Part shown: positions 42,219 through 52,223 of the stretch, piece by piece | Layout of the letters: each line of letters begins with the position of its first letter | How positions within the stretch are numbered: position 1 is the first letter of the stretch | Origin: an uncultured Candidatus Cloacimonadota bacterium | GTDB taxonomy: Bacteria; Cloacimonadota; Cloacimonadia; Cloacimonadales; TCS61 | NCBI GenBank assembly: GCA_964433675.1 | Contig: CAYSSJ010000002.1 | Location: 7,471 to 71,470 of the forward strand | Direction of reading: 5' to 3' | DNA length: 64,000 nt | Position numbers and translations under genes: made by a program | The notes under the pieces: model-generated | The model's database searches: none | What the model was told of the DNA's origin: nothing | What the model saw: only the letters and a program-made list of their open reading frames with translations

Positions 42219-42614
42219 TCAGATTTTATCTTTCTGCCGGGCAGATTTCTCTATTATCACCACTGCACCAGCATAATGTTTAAGATGAGTCAAAGATACC
42301 TGAATATTGTCAAGTCCTTTTTTTGAGGCAAACTCTTTTGCTTTTCCCCAGAGCTTGATCTCCGGTCTGCCCAATTCATCGTTGATGATCTCGACCTCAT
42401 CGAAGGATAGTCCACCCCGCCAACCTGTACCGATTGCCTTGAAAAAAGCCTCTTTGGCGGCGAAACGAGCTGCGAAGCTTTCCGCATAATTTTTTCTAGC
42501 TTGGCAGTATTCTATTTCTCCTGCGGTAAATATCTTTTCTTTGAAACCATTCTTTTCCAATTGCTTCTCTACCCTTTCTACTTCTATATTATCTATTCCG
42601 ATACCGAATATCAT
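42219..42614 (-). CDS. acpS: Holo-ACP synthase (phosphopantetheinyl transferase)
   Basis: GIGIDN, FAARFAAKEAFFKA, GRP, VSLTH. Confidence 0.93.
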   Translation of the reverse strand: MIFGIGIDNIEVERVEKQLEKNGFKEKIFTAGEIEYCQARKNYAESFAARFAAKEAFFKAIGTGWRGGLSFDEVEIINDELGRPEIKLWGKAKEFASKKGLDNIQVSLTHLKHYAGAVVIIEKSARQKDKI

Positions 42615-43561
42615 CTTTTCAGTTTTTTCCCTAAAACCTTCAGCATATCTTCAGTCATTTCGGGCAGATTGTATTCATGTTTCCAACCCCATTCTTCTCG
42701 GGCTACCGAATCATCCATTTTGTTGGGCCAGCTATCTGCTATTGCCTGCCGTACCGTATCGATCTCGTAGGATATTTTGAACTCCGGAATATGCTTACGA
42801 ATCTCGGCTGCAATTTCTTCCGGTTCGAAACTCATAGCTGCTACATTATAACAATTCCTATGTTGCAGTTTGGCAGGATCTGCTTCCATCAACTCAATAG
42901 CAGCTCTGAGACAATCCGGCATATACATCATATCCAGATAAGTCCCTGCCTTTAAGTTGCAGAGAAACGACTTCTCTTGAATTGCCTTGTAGTAGATATC
43001 TACAGCATAGTCGGTAGTTCCGCCACCGGGAAGAGTAACATTGGATATGATGCCCGGATAGCGTACCCCTCGTGTATCAACACCAAACCTCATATGATAA
43101 TAATCGCAGAGCAACTCACCGGAAACTTTGGTGACTCCATACATGGTTTTGGGACGCATTATCGTATTTTGTGGAGTATTATCGGGCGGTGTGGTAGGTC
43201 CGAATGCTCCGATAGAACTCGGTGTAAATAGTGCGAATTTGAATTCGATTGCCAATTCGAGTAGATTCATCAAGCCACCCACATTGACTTTCCACGAGAG
43301 CTGAGGTTTTTGCTCCCCCACTGCCGATAGAAATGCTACCAAATTATAGACAGTATCAATTCTATATTTTTTTAAAATCTCTTTTATCTTGTTTGCATCC
43401 AGACAATCGATGATCTCATAAGGACCGGATCTCAAGATTTCTGGGGGATCAGTTCGAATATCGGAAGCAACCACATTATCGTCACCATATAGGCGGCGCA
43501 ATTCAGGAACAAGTTCAGAACCTATCTGTCCGGCAGCACCCATAACCAAAATCCTCTTCAT
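42611..43561 (-). CDS. tdh: L-threonine 3-dehydrogenase, SDR type
   Basis: GAAGQIG, LSAVGE, PSSIGAFG, YGVTK, GGGTTDYAV, MMYMPD, RQAIADSWP. Confidence 0.88.
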   Translation of the reverse strand: MKRILVMGAAGQIGSELVPELRRLYGDDNVVASDIRTDPPEILRSGPYEIIDCLDANKIKEILKKYRIDTVYNLVAFLSAVGEQKPQLSWKVNVGGLMNLLELAIEFKFALFTPSSIGAFGPTTPPDNTPQNTIMRPKTMYGVTKVSGELLCDYYHMRFGVDTRGVRYPGIISNVTLPGGGTTDYAVDIYYKAIQEKSFLCNLKAGTYLDMMYMPDCLRAAIELMEADPAKLQHRNCYNVAAMSFEPEEIAAEIRKHIPEFKISYEIDTVRQAIADSWPNKMDDSVAREEWGWKHEYNLPEMTEDMLKVLGKKLKR

Positions 43562-43659
43562 ATAATATCTCCTTGTAAAATTTTTTGGGATATAACTGCG
43601 AAGTTCCTGATTTTGTCAACTACAAATCTGGAAAAACCGTAGCGAAGTAAAATCCGTGT

Positions 43660-43865
43660 TCTGATGATTTCTGCCTACTGCCTACTGTATTCTGTCTTCT
43701 GTATTCCGTTTTCTGACCTCTAAACTTCTAAACCCTCAACCCTAAACTCCCAAACATCTCCCTTGTCCTCCGTAGCTTTAGCGAAGGAGGATTGCTTCTC
43801 TCACACCACTTTTCACTTCTCACTCTTTCACTTTTCACCGAAATTTCTTCCTGCTTCTCTCCATG
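43660..43865. repeat. Short-repeat patchwork homologous to 21040-21500
   Basis: tgatttctgcctactgcctactg..tctgacctctaaac and aaacatctcccttgtcctccg..ggattgct shared with the 21-kb locus. Confidence 0.8.
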
Positions 43866-43866
43866 C

Positions 43867-46152
43867 TTATTTCAAAAGCATCATCTTCCTCGTAACCACC
43901 TCATAATCTGTTGCTAACTTATACAGATAAATCCCCGATGGCAATTGTCTGCCCTTATCATCTTTACCGTTCCATATAATCCTGTGCTCTCCCGATAACA
44001 TCTCTTCATTCACCAGTGTTTTCACTTTCTGACCGCGAATGTTGAAAATTTCGATAGTGACATACCCACAATGAGATAGTGAAAACTCTATCGTTGTAGA
44101 AGGATTGAACGGATTGGGATAATTGTAGATATCCACATCCGGTTGGAAGATGACAAGGTCGTCTTCTGCTGACACATGAGGTGTATCCTGCAAGTAAGGA
44201 TAGCCGTTATTGACCGTATAATCCTCATCAACAGCCCAGATTTCATCAAAATCCCAATTCACATAAGTATTGTCAGCATAGGGATAAGTCATCTCTTCGG
44301 TGGTTCTGCCTTCACCACTAGCACTTGTAGTTTGCCCGGATGTTTCGATATCCCAATAACTATTATTAGCATTGCCATCTCCAGCCCCAATTAATCCGCC
44401 GACATGGGTGTCTCCACTTACGCTTCTTGTGCTGTAGCTATTACTGATATTGGAACTCTCTTGCCGACCCACAAGGCCTCCTACATACCATGGTCCATTC
44501 ACACTTCCCATACTGAAACTGTTTATGATGGTGGAATTATCAAATTGCCTGCCCACCAACCCGCCGACATATTCTTCTCCATTAACTCCCCCAATGCTGA
44601 AGCAGTTGGCGATGGTAGATCCCCATTGATCCCCAACTATGCCACTAACAGACCATGACCCACTCGTACTTCCCGAGCTATAGCTGTTGCTTATGATGGA
44701 AGACCGTTGTATTCCCGCGATACCACCAACATACCTATCTCCGGTTATGTCAACATTTGATACTCCAAGGTTTTCAATTATTGATTCAAATGTATAACCA
44801 AATAAACCGATGAAACTAAGAAAATCAATATTGAGCGTTAATTTATCAATTATAAAGCCATCTCCATCAAAACTTCCTGAAAAGTAAGGGATATAGAAAT
44901 TAGGATAGTCTTCTAAATCTAAATCAGTTGTTAATTTATAAGAGTATTCCTCAAATTGTCCAAACGCAAGAAGCTTTTTAAAGTCATTAACTGAGTTGAT
45001 CAGATAACTGTTTCCATCGTAAGAGAGATAATCGTCAATATTCAAATATAGATCATTATCAAGCCAGGTGTTAAAGATTTCGCTTCCCAGAGCACCAATT
45101 GTTATAACATTTTGATCGTTGATTAAAACCTCTTCATAATTATAATAACTATTGATGATTGTGGTTGTCCAATGTTGCCCCACCAGACCACCGACACGCT
45201 CATTTCCACTCACACAACCCATGCTATAGCTGTTGCTGATAGAGGAAGTATCATTATGCCCTACCAATCCGCCAACAAGAACTTCTCCACATACATTACC
45301 CGTGCTATAGCTGTTGCTGATGGTGGAAATATATTGCTTTCCTATTAGACCGCCAACGACATTATCTCCATTCACACTACCTGTGCTGTAGCTGTCGGTG
45401 ATTGTAGCTCCCCATTGAGACCCCACCAGGCCTCCGGCACTTCTTACTCCGTACACACTAGCCGTGCTGTAACTGTCGATAATGGTAGAATCTACCGACT
45501 GATATCCCAGCAACCCACCAACATACTCACTATGCCCATTTACATTCCCATTGCTGTAGCTGTTGCTGATTGTAGAATTATTGCCTTGTTCCCCCACCAA
45601 ACCGCCGACAGTATAATTTCCATTCACACTACCCGTGCTTAAGCTGTTGCTAACTGTGGAATTATTGTCTTGTCTCCCTACAATACCGCCGACGTAACCA
45701 TATCCGCTTATATCAATATTAGTTATGCGAAGGTTTTCGATAGTTGATCCGTAAGTATAACCAAATAAACCAATATACCTAGTATTTGGCCGATTGATGA
45801 AAATAGCGTCAATAGTATGATCTTGACCATTGAAAACCCCGGTAAAAGGCAAGTTATTAGGGTTACTCCATTCGTAAAAACCTATAGGATTCCATCCTTC
45901 TCCATCAAACCAATTTTCCGTATCAGTTGCATCGATATCAGCTATCTGGATATAATGGCTTGACCAGCGAGATTCCTGGTTTGGATATGGTATGATATCA
46001 TTACTAGCAGCGAACCAATACAGATTCTCCAAAGAAGCTATCTGATAAGGATCATCTTCTGTTCCTAAACCCTCAGCAGGTGGTATGGCGTTCTGGGCAA
46101 AAAGTGTGGTTATTCCCAACACTATTATCGTAATTAAGTATAACTTATTCAT
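43867..46152 (-). CDS. Secreted GLUG-repeat protein with C-terminal FlgD-Ig / T9SS-like sorting domain
   Basis: Signal peptide, GTEDDPYQI, ~28-aa VGGLVG..ISNSYSTGSV repeats, NYPNPFNP..SGIYLY..KMMLLK tail. Confidence 0.85.
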   Translation of the reverse strand: MNKLYLITIIVLGITTLFAQNAIPPAEGLGTEDDPYQIASLENLYWFAASNDIIPYPNQESRWSSHYIQIADIDATDTENWFDGEGWNPIGFYEWSNPNNLPFTGVFNGQDHTIDAIFINRPNTRYIGLFGYTYGSTIENLRITNIDISGYGYVGGIVGRQDNNSTVSNSLSTGSVNGNYTVGGLVGEQGNNSTISNSYSNGNVNGHSEYVGGLLGYQSVDSTIIDSYSTASVYGVRSAGGLVGSQWGATITDSYSTGSVNGDNVVGGLIGKQYISTISNSYSTGNVCGEVLVGGLVGHNDTSSISNSYSMGCVSGNERVGGLVGQHWTTTIINSYYNYEEVLINDQNVITIGALGSEIFNTWLDNDLYLNIDDYLSYDGNSYLINSVNDFKKLLAFGQFEEYSYKLTTDLDLEDYPNFYIPYFSGSFDGDGFIIDKLTLNIDFLSFIGLFGYTFESIIENLGVSNVDITGDRYVGGIAGIQRSSIISNSYSSGSTSGSWSVSGIVGDQWGSTIANCFSIGGVNGEEYVGGLVGRQFDNSTIINSFSMGSVNGPWYVGGLVGRQESSNISNSYSTRSVSGDTHVGGLIGAGDGNANNSYWDIETSGQTTSASGEGRTTEEMTYPYADNTYVNWDFDEIWAVDEDYTVNNGYPYLQDTPHVSAEDDLVIFQPDVDIYNYPNPFNPSTTIEFSLSHCGYVTIEIFNIRGQKVKTLVNEEMLSGEHRIIWNGKDDKGRQLPSGIYLYKLATDYEVVTRKMMLLK

Positions 46153-46699
46153 TATTTCCTCCTACTTTTTTTATTTTGCTCCCTATCTTGTCCATATTAT
46201 TTTGGATTTAGACAAGATAAGACACTTCTTCTCCCCACGTCGGAGCATTACGCAGGGAGAAAGAGCCGAATAAACTTATTAACACAACATATTAATATAA
46301 TCTCCAGCGCAAAGTTGCGACCGGAGTTTGAAACAGGACACGATATTGTGAAACCCACTGTAAAACAAAGAGTTGTGCAGTTGGGGGGGGGTAGCGTATC
46401 AGGACGTATTTTGCCTATCCGGTTCAGGTAAATAACAAATTCTTGGGCAACTTTCTTTATATTCCCTCCTAGTCAAACCGGAGCCGGTGAAGCAAATGCT
46501 CTCATTAGTTTTTCATTCATCGTTCGACCGAGAACCGATCCAACATCAATGCAAAAGTTATAGATACAGTTTTCTTTGTCAAATACTTTTTCCCGAGATC
46601 CGTAAGGTAAGTTGCCAACTTGCCCTACTTTACTCTATCATCCACCTTCCATCATCTATCTTCTTGCTTTGGCATCGTAAATTCCCGACTTTACCTTAT

Positions 46700-47220
46700 A
46701 AACGCCGTGAACGGCGTAAAGATGCTATATTTATAAACAAATACCAGCCCTGAAGGACTGGTCTATTTTTGTGGAGACTAATCAACAAATAAACCAATTA
46801 ACTAATCAACATCTCCCCCTTTGCCATTCACCATTCATAAATGAGATTTCTCGACTCCATCCCGAAAAGTCGGGATTCCGCTCGAAATGACGGTTTTTTC
46901 CATTCTGGCATACCCCCTAAACCCTCAACCCTAAACTCTAAACTGCATATTGCTTCTCTTCCAATAAAAGTCCATGAGTACCAGCGAATAAATTCCTCAA
47001 TTCATTTCTTTGTATTTTTTCGAAGACAAGATGACATCTTGTCCTACGCTCTATGCTCTTTGCCAAAAATTCCGTGAGCGCAGCGAACAAATTCCTATAA
47101 ATTCCCATCAACACCTTCTCCCTAAACCTCTAAACTACATTAACCATTATACATTGCTCATTTTCTCACATCCCCCTCTCCGAGTCCCTTCGTCCTTAGT
47201 CCTTGATCCTTATCCCTAAT
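46700..47220. repeat. Short-repeat / REP-like palindrome patchwork
   Basis: acgccgt-ga-acggcgt, ccagcc..ggactgg, gagatttctcgactcc..gctcgaaatgac, units ctaaacc, aactaatc, ctatgct, tccttag. Confidence 0.75.
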
Positions 47221-47223
47221 ATA

Positions 47224-49017
47224 CTACTCCCACTCGATCGTCCCCGGTGGTTTGGTAGTAATGTCATAAAAAATCATACCGACATTATATTCATCTCTCA
47301 GTGTTCGTTCGATCTTTTGCAACAGCCGACTATCCATCTGATATACATCGGCTGTCATTGCATCTTTGGAGCATATTGGACGGATAACGAAGATGAATTT
47401 ATCGTCTATTTTCAGAGGTAGCATCACTACCGGCATCTGCCAGATCTCATCTATATCTGCTATTTCTTCGCGCAGATAAGCATCTACATCTCTGAGCTGA
47501 TCTAAGTTGGTTTTTTCTAAAAATAATTTTGTCATTTGTGGCTCTTTGGGCAAAGGTAGCAGTGACAAGACAACTCTATTCACCGTTCTCAGTCTGTTTA
47601 TAACGAGAGCGGAGACTTCTTTTAGAACTTCCCAATCCAAATCTAACTTTTGATCTGACCAGATCACAGCCGGATGGTTATAGGTTCTAAAATCACCTTG
47701 AACACCCACACTTTTGATCGGCAATATCATACCGCTCATATTACATGCTGTCAAAATTTGATTTAGCTCATCTGCTTCTTTTTGGTAATCATCTTCCGGT
47801 TTATCCTTATCGGAAGCGATAAGACGGATAGCCAAGCCGGGTCCGGGAAATGGATGTCTGTGTACCAGATGATGAGGTAGTCCGAGTTCTTCTCCCAAGA
47901 GTCGCACCTCATCTTTGTAAAGGTCTTTCAGAGGTTCTATCACTTTGCCGGCTTTGATCAGCTCATCTATCTCCATCACTCGGTTATGGTGAGTTTTGAT
48001 AGTAGCGGCTTTCTGAGCGTCGCCACTTTCTATTGTATCAGGATAGATCGTACCCTGCACAAGCATCCAATTATCGGATAGCTTCTTATCACGCAGAGCA
48101 TCATTGACTATATCGACAAACAAGCGTCCGATAATAAGCCGCTTCTCTTCGGGATCTGTTACACCGTGCAGTTCTTTTAGAAAACGCTTTTCAGCATTTA
48201 CAATATCGATATTTTCGAAACCGAGTTTTTTGAAGTGTTCCACCAGCTCTTTAGTCTCGTTCAATCTCATCAAGCCGGTATCCACATGGATAGAATAAAC
48301 CGCTTCTTTGCCCAGAGCATCTATACAAAGTCTGAGCGCAACCATAGAATCCACTCCGCCTGAAAGCAGCAATATCAAATGTCTCCCCTCTGCTTTTTCC
48401 CGGATTTGCTCTATAAGTTCTTCTTTATAGTTTCTGATCTTCCAGTTTCGCCCACAATTGCAGATAGTCAGAAAGTTATCCAATATCTTCATCCCATCGG
48501 TGGTATGAGTTACCTCGGGGTGAAATTGCAAACCAAACAAATCTCTCTCTTCCGCTTCGAACGCTGCAATGGGCACACTCCGACTGCGGGCAATGACCAT
48601 GATCCCTTCCGGCAAATCAGCTACATGGTCACCATGGCTCATCCAAACGGTTGATTCTTCTTTTAGATTATGAAACAATCTTCTCTTAGTTTCAAAACTC
48701 ACTTTGGTATAACCATATTCATTGTTATTACCACTTTCAATTCTACCACCCAGCATAGAAGCCAAGAGCTGATGACCGTAGCATATACCTAAAACCGGGA
48801 TATTAATACTTTCGATATCCAGGTCTATTCTATACGCATCTTCCAGGTTAACGGATCTCGGTCCTCCCGAGAGTACGATCCCGGCAATTTCATCGGTTAG
48901 TTCAAAGCTCTCGGGTTGAACTATATCACTAAACACATTCAATTGCCGTATTCTCCTTGCTATCAGATGAGTATATTGCCCGCCGAAATCTATTATCGCT
49001 ATCTTTTTCATAATCAT
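47224..49017 (-). CDS. guaA: GMP synthase (glutamine-hydrolysing), long form
   Basis: DFGGQYTHLIARR, GICYGHQ, FHPEV, SGGVDS, KTHHN, PFPGPGL, KPPGTIEWE. Confidence 0.95.
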   Translation of the reverse strand: MIMKKIAIIDFGGQYTHLIARRIRQLNVFSDIVQPESFELTDEIAGIVLSGGPRSVNLEDAYRIDLDIESINIPVLGICYGHQLLASMLGGRIESGNNNEYGYTKVSFETKRRLFHNLKEESTVWMSHGDHVADLPEGIMVIARSRSVPIAAFEAEERDLFGLQFHPEVTHTTDGMKILDNFLTICNCGRNWKIRNYKEELIEQIREKAEGRHLILLLSGGVDSMVALRLCIDALGKEAVYSIHVDTGLMRLNETKELVEHFKKLGFENIDIVNAEKRFLKELHGVTDPEEKRLIIGRLFVDIVNDALRDKKLSDNWMLVQGTIYPDTIESGDAQKAATIKTHHNRVMEIDELIKAGKVIEPLKDLYKDEVRLLGEELGLPHHLVHRHPFPGPGLAIRLIASDKDKPEDDYQKEADELNQILTACNMSGMILPIKSVGVQGDFRTYNHPAVIWSDQKLDLDWEVLKEVSALVINRLRTVNRVVLSLLPLPKEPQMTKLFLEKTNLDQLRDVDAYLREEIADIDEIWQMPVVMLPLKIDDKFIFVIRPICSKDAMTADVYQMDSRLLQKIERTLRDEYNVGMIFYDITTKPPGTIEWE

Positions 49018-49583
49018 TCCTTACAAAGCTCATAGATAACTTCGCTGTAGAGTTTATGCTCTACTGCCAATCCTTTAGCCTCAGCTTGAGCGACAGTTTC
49101 ACAATCGCTGATGTCAACTTCCCGCTGAGCGATGATCTCTCCCCCATCCAAGGTATTATCCACATAATGAACTGTTATCTTGGTCTTATCCAACCCATTC
49201 TCAAATGCCCATTTATAACCATGTAGTCCTTTATGTTTTTTAGTATCGGCAGGATGGATATTGATTATTTTCTTGGGAACAGCATCCACAATTAGAGGTG
49301 AGAGTATTTTCATGTAGCCGGCAAGTACGATCAGATCGATTTCATAACTCAGTAATAGTTCTAGAAGTTGAGATTCATAATAATCTTTTTTCTTACCTTT
49401 AGAGGATATTGTTTCAGTATGAAATCCCATCTTATCCGCTTTTTCCAGACCGTGAGCATCCGGATTATTGGAAAAAACCAACTCAATCCGGCAGACATCT
49501 TTCAGAAATCCATCTTTCACATTTCTCAGGATAGCTTCCATATTACTGCCCCGACCGGATATCAATATTGCCAGCTTTTTCAT
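49014..49583 (-). CDS. purN: Phosphoribosylglycinamide formyltransferase
   Basis: ISGRGSN, LAGYMKIL, NIHP, TVHYV..LDGG. Confidence 0.93.
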   Translation of the reverse strand: MKKLAILISGRGSNMEAILRNVKDGFLKDVCRIELVFSNNPDAHGLEKADKMGFHTETISSKGKKKDYYESQLLELLLSYEIDLIVLAGYMKILSPLIVDAVPKKIINIHPADTKKHKGLHGYKWAFENGLDKTKITVHYVDNTLDGGEIIAQREVDISDCETVAQAEAKGLAVEHKLYSEVIYELCKE

Positions 49584-50821
49584 CTTCCCCTCTGAGCTAT
49601 ATCTTTTCGGTAGGTTTTCCCTTCGAATCCCACCTTCTCACAATTGCGATATACCTTCTCGACCGCATTGTCCAAATCATCGGCAGAGGCAACTATATTC
49701 AAAACGCGTCCACCATTGGTAAAGAGCTTATCATCTTTTATTTTTGTGCCTGCATGAAAGACGAGGATATCCTTGTCCAGCTTATCTAATCCATCGATCT
49801 CGTATCCTTTTTCATATTTATAAGGATAACCCTTAGAAACCAACACTACATCTACGAAGTAACCATCATTGAAGTCTATAGATTGTTTCTCCAGACTACC
49901 GTCGAAACAGGCTAAGATGATCTCGAGCAAATCAGTTTTCAAAGCCGGTAAGATAACCTCCGCTTCCGGATCGCCCATTCGCACATTATACTCCAATACT
50001 TTGGGCCCATTATCCGTTAGCATCAAACCGAAATAGAGCACACCCTTATAATTAAGAGCTTCCTTTTTGATACCTATCATTGTCGGTTTGATGACATCTT
50101 CTTCTATGCGGTCAAGCATTTTAGCATCACAAAATTCTACCGGACAATATGCGCCCATACCACCTGTGTTGGGACCTTTATCTCCTTCCAAGAGTTGCTT
50201 ATGATCCTGAGAAGGTTGCAGCAGTTTAATCGCTGCACCATCAGTAAAGCCGATGATGGAAAGCTCCCTGCCGATCAAGCGCTCTTCTATCAAATGCGGA
50301 AACGTATTACCGAATTTTTGGCATAATTCATCATAGGCTTTGTGTACTTCAGACATTCCGGAACAGACAAACACACCTTTGCCACCGGCTAAGCCGTCAT
50401 ATTTAATCACGCACTTACCATTTAACTTTTGGGCTATTTTTAGTCCATCGTCTCTGCTTTCCGGCTGCCAAGATTCCGCTGTGGCAACTTGGTGATTATG
50501 CATAAACTGTTTTGCCCAAATTTTGGAGCTTTCCAGCAGTGACGCTTTCTTATCCGGTCCGAAAACTTTGATATCGCTTGTTGCAAAGTAATCAACAATC
50601 CCTTCTGCCAGAGGCATCTCCGGTCCCACGATTATCAATTCGACTTTATTTTGCCGGCAAAATCTGCTCAGTTCTTCAAAGTCATTTATCGCTAGCTCCA
50701 CATTATTCGGTGTTCCACCATTCCCCGGTATAGTGAAGATGTGGTCACACTTTCTACTTTTACTCAATTCCCAAGCGATGGCATGTTCTCTTCCACCGGA
50801 GCCGAGCACAGCAACATTCAT
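49580..50821 (-). CDS. purD: Phosphoribosylamine-glycine ligase
   Basis: GSGGREHA, GLAGGKGV, QDHK..GPNTGGMG, EYNVRMGDPE, TNGGRVL. Confidence 0.96.
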   Translation of the reverse strand: MNVAVLGSGGREHAIAWELSKSRKCDHIFTIPGNGGTPNNVELAINDFEELSRFCRQNKVELIIVGPEMPLAEGIVDYFATSDIKVFGPDKKASLLESSKIWAKQFMHNHQVATAESWQPESRDDGLKIAQKLNGKCVIKYDGLAGGKGVFVCSGMSEVHKAYDELCQKFGNTFPHLIEERLIGRELSIIGFTDGAAIKLLQPSQDHKQLLEGDKGPNTGGMGAYCPVEFCDAKMLDRIEEDVIKPTMIGIKKEALNYKGVLYFGLMLTDNGPKVLEYNVRMGDPEAEVILPALKTDLLEIILACFDGSLEKQSIDFNDGYFVDVVLVSKGYPYKYEKGYEIDGLDKLDKDILVFHAGTKIKDDKLFTNGGRVLNIVASADDLDNAVEKVYRNCEKVGFEGKTYRKDIAQRGR

Positions 50822-52206
50822 TTGCCACTCCTGATCTTTAGGTCTGCTTCTATTAGATCGGATTTCACTTTCTCTATTTCTTCTGTAAACCTTGCTTTCA
50901 GTCTGGGGATATTCAAGCTCCGCAGGGAAAATTGTGTCGCATTGGAAACATCAACCACAGTTGCTGCCGGAGTTTTAGAGGGCATCATAAGCGAGGAATT
51001 GATATTCACCGTCATATCGACCTTATCTTTGAAAGGTGGGCAATTGATCACCGGCACAGCCATATTTGCCGACAATGCACCGCCGAGCCCGTTTGACCGC
51101 CCAGCTACAGCTATCACAGCACCGGGTTCTATAGATTGATTGTATTCTGCGGCAATCCCACCTATCCTCTCACCATTTTTATGAGCGGAAACTACTCTCA
51201 TATCCACAAAAATATCATATTTTTCAAGCTTGTCTCTAATAGAGTTACAATGCTCTATATCGGCAGGAGAACCCATTATTATAGCCACATAACCATCTTT
51301 TATAATACCATGTTTAACCAGATTGGCAAGCATTCTACTGTTTGGATCGGTTTCCAAACCCGGCAATTCCGAACCTGTGATACTCCGATAAATTTCCAGA
51401 TAGCGTTTGGAAGTCTCGGCTATCACATCCTCAGGTAGTGCATCGTGGTAACCATGTTCGGTTTTGTTGTTTATCAGCCATTGCCTTACAAATTCTTTAT
51501 CGATCTGCTCCACTTTTTCGGGATTTTTTTGATAATCATCTACATACCAGAAACGTGAAGAGTCAGGTGTATGTATCTCATCTATGAGAATCAGTTTATC
51601 TTCCACAAGCCCGAATTCATATTTCGTATCCACCAAGACAATCCCTTTTTCAGCCAGATACTTACTACCGAACTCAAAAAGCTGCAAAGAGATTTTTTCC
51701 ATCTCATCATACAACTCGGCAGTAGTCCAACCTTCTTTGACAATATCTTCCGGAGTTATTTCCCGGTCGCTCTCTTCTTTGGTAGTTGGGGTAACCAAAG
51801 GCTGTTCAAATTTTTGATTTTTTGTCAGCCCTTCTCCTACTTTGATACCGGAAAATTCACGTTTACCTTTGGAATAATTTCGCCACATCGAGCCGGTGAG
51901 ATAGCCACGCACGATCATCTCTATCTTGATCGGTTTTGCTTCTTTTACCAGTGAAATATTAGGATCGATAAGCTTCTTCATATGATTGTCAATTATGCCG
52001 CCGGTCTTTTCGAACCAAAAATCTGCCAATGCATTCAAAACCGCACCTTTGTATGGGATGCGGCTTTTTAAGACCTTATCGAAACTGGATATCTTATCGG
52101 TTACCAGGATCATTCGTGTCTTATCATCGATACGGAAACTCTCCCTTACCTTACCACTATGAATATTCTTTAACTGCGGACTAATTAGCGTTTTAACCGT
52201 TTTCAT
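50818..52206 (-). CDS. purC: Bifunctional SAICAR synthetase / class II AIR carboxylase (PurC-PurE fusion)
   Basis: GKVRE, DTKYEFG, DEIHTPDSSRFW, DKEFVRQWL; C-terminal IMGS..D, SAHK, AVAGRSNGLG, PVINCPP. Confidence 0.9.
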   Translation of the reverse strand: MKTVKTLISPQLKNIHSGKVRESFRIDDKTRMILVTDKISSFDKVLKSRIPYKGAVLNALADFWFEKTGGIIDNHMKKLIDPNISLVKEAKPIKIEMIVRGYLTGSMWRNYSKGKREFSGIKVGEGLTKNQKFEQPLVTPTTKEESDREITPEDIVKEGWTTAELYDEMEKISLQLFEFGSKYLAEKGIVLVDTKYEFGLVEDKLILIDEIHTPDSSRFWYVDDYQKNPEKVEQIDKEFVRQWLINNKTEHGYHDALPEDVIAETSKRYLEIYRSITGSELPGLETDPNSRMLANLVKHGIIKDGYVAIIMGSPADIEHCNSIRDKLEKYDIFVDMRVVSAHKNGERIGGIAAEYNQSIEPGAVIAVAGRSNGLGGALSANMAVPVINCPPFKDKVDMTVNINSSLMMPSKTPAATVVDVSNATQFSLRSLNIPRLKARFTEEIEKVKSDLIEADLKIRSGK

Positions 52207-52223
52207 CTTCTTTCTCCTTCTAT

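Noticed and set aside
38887-43561. Sphingolipid or biotin operon (SPT/BioF + ACP + ligase + reductase)
   Set aside because: The PLP enzyme has Kbl motifs ([16 protein letters not shown]), the SDR has Tdh motifs and the ligase has an acetate-sized pocket; a long-chain product is less likely but not excluded
46160-46760. Riboswitch or ncRNA upstream of the GLUG gene
   Set aside because: Hairpins are present but I recognised no aptamer consensus; an Rfam cmscan would be needed
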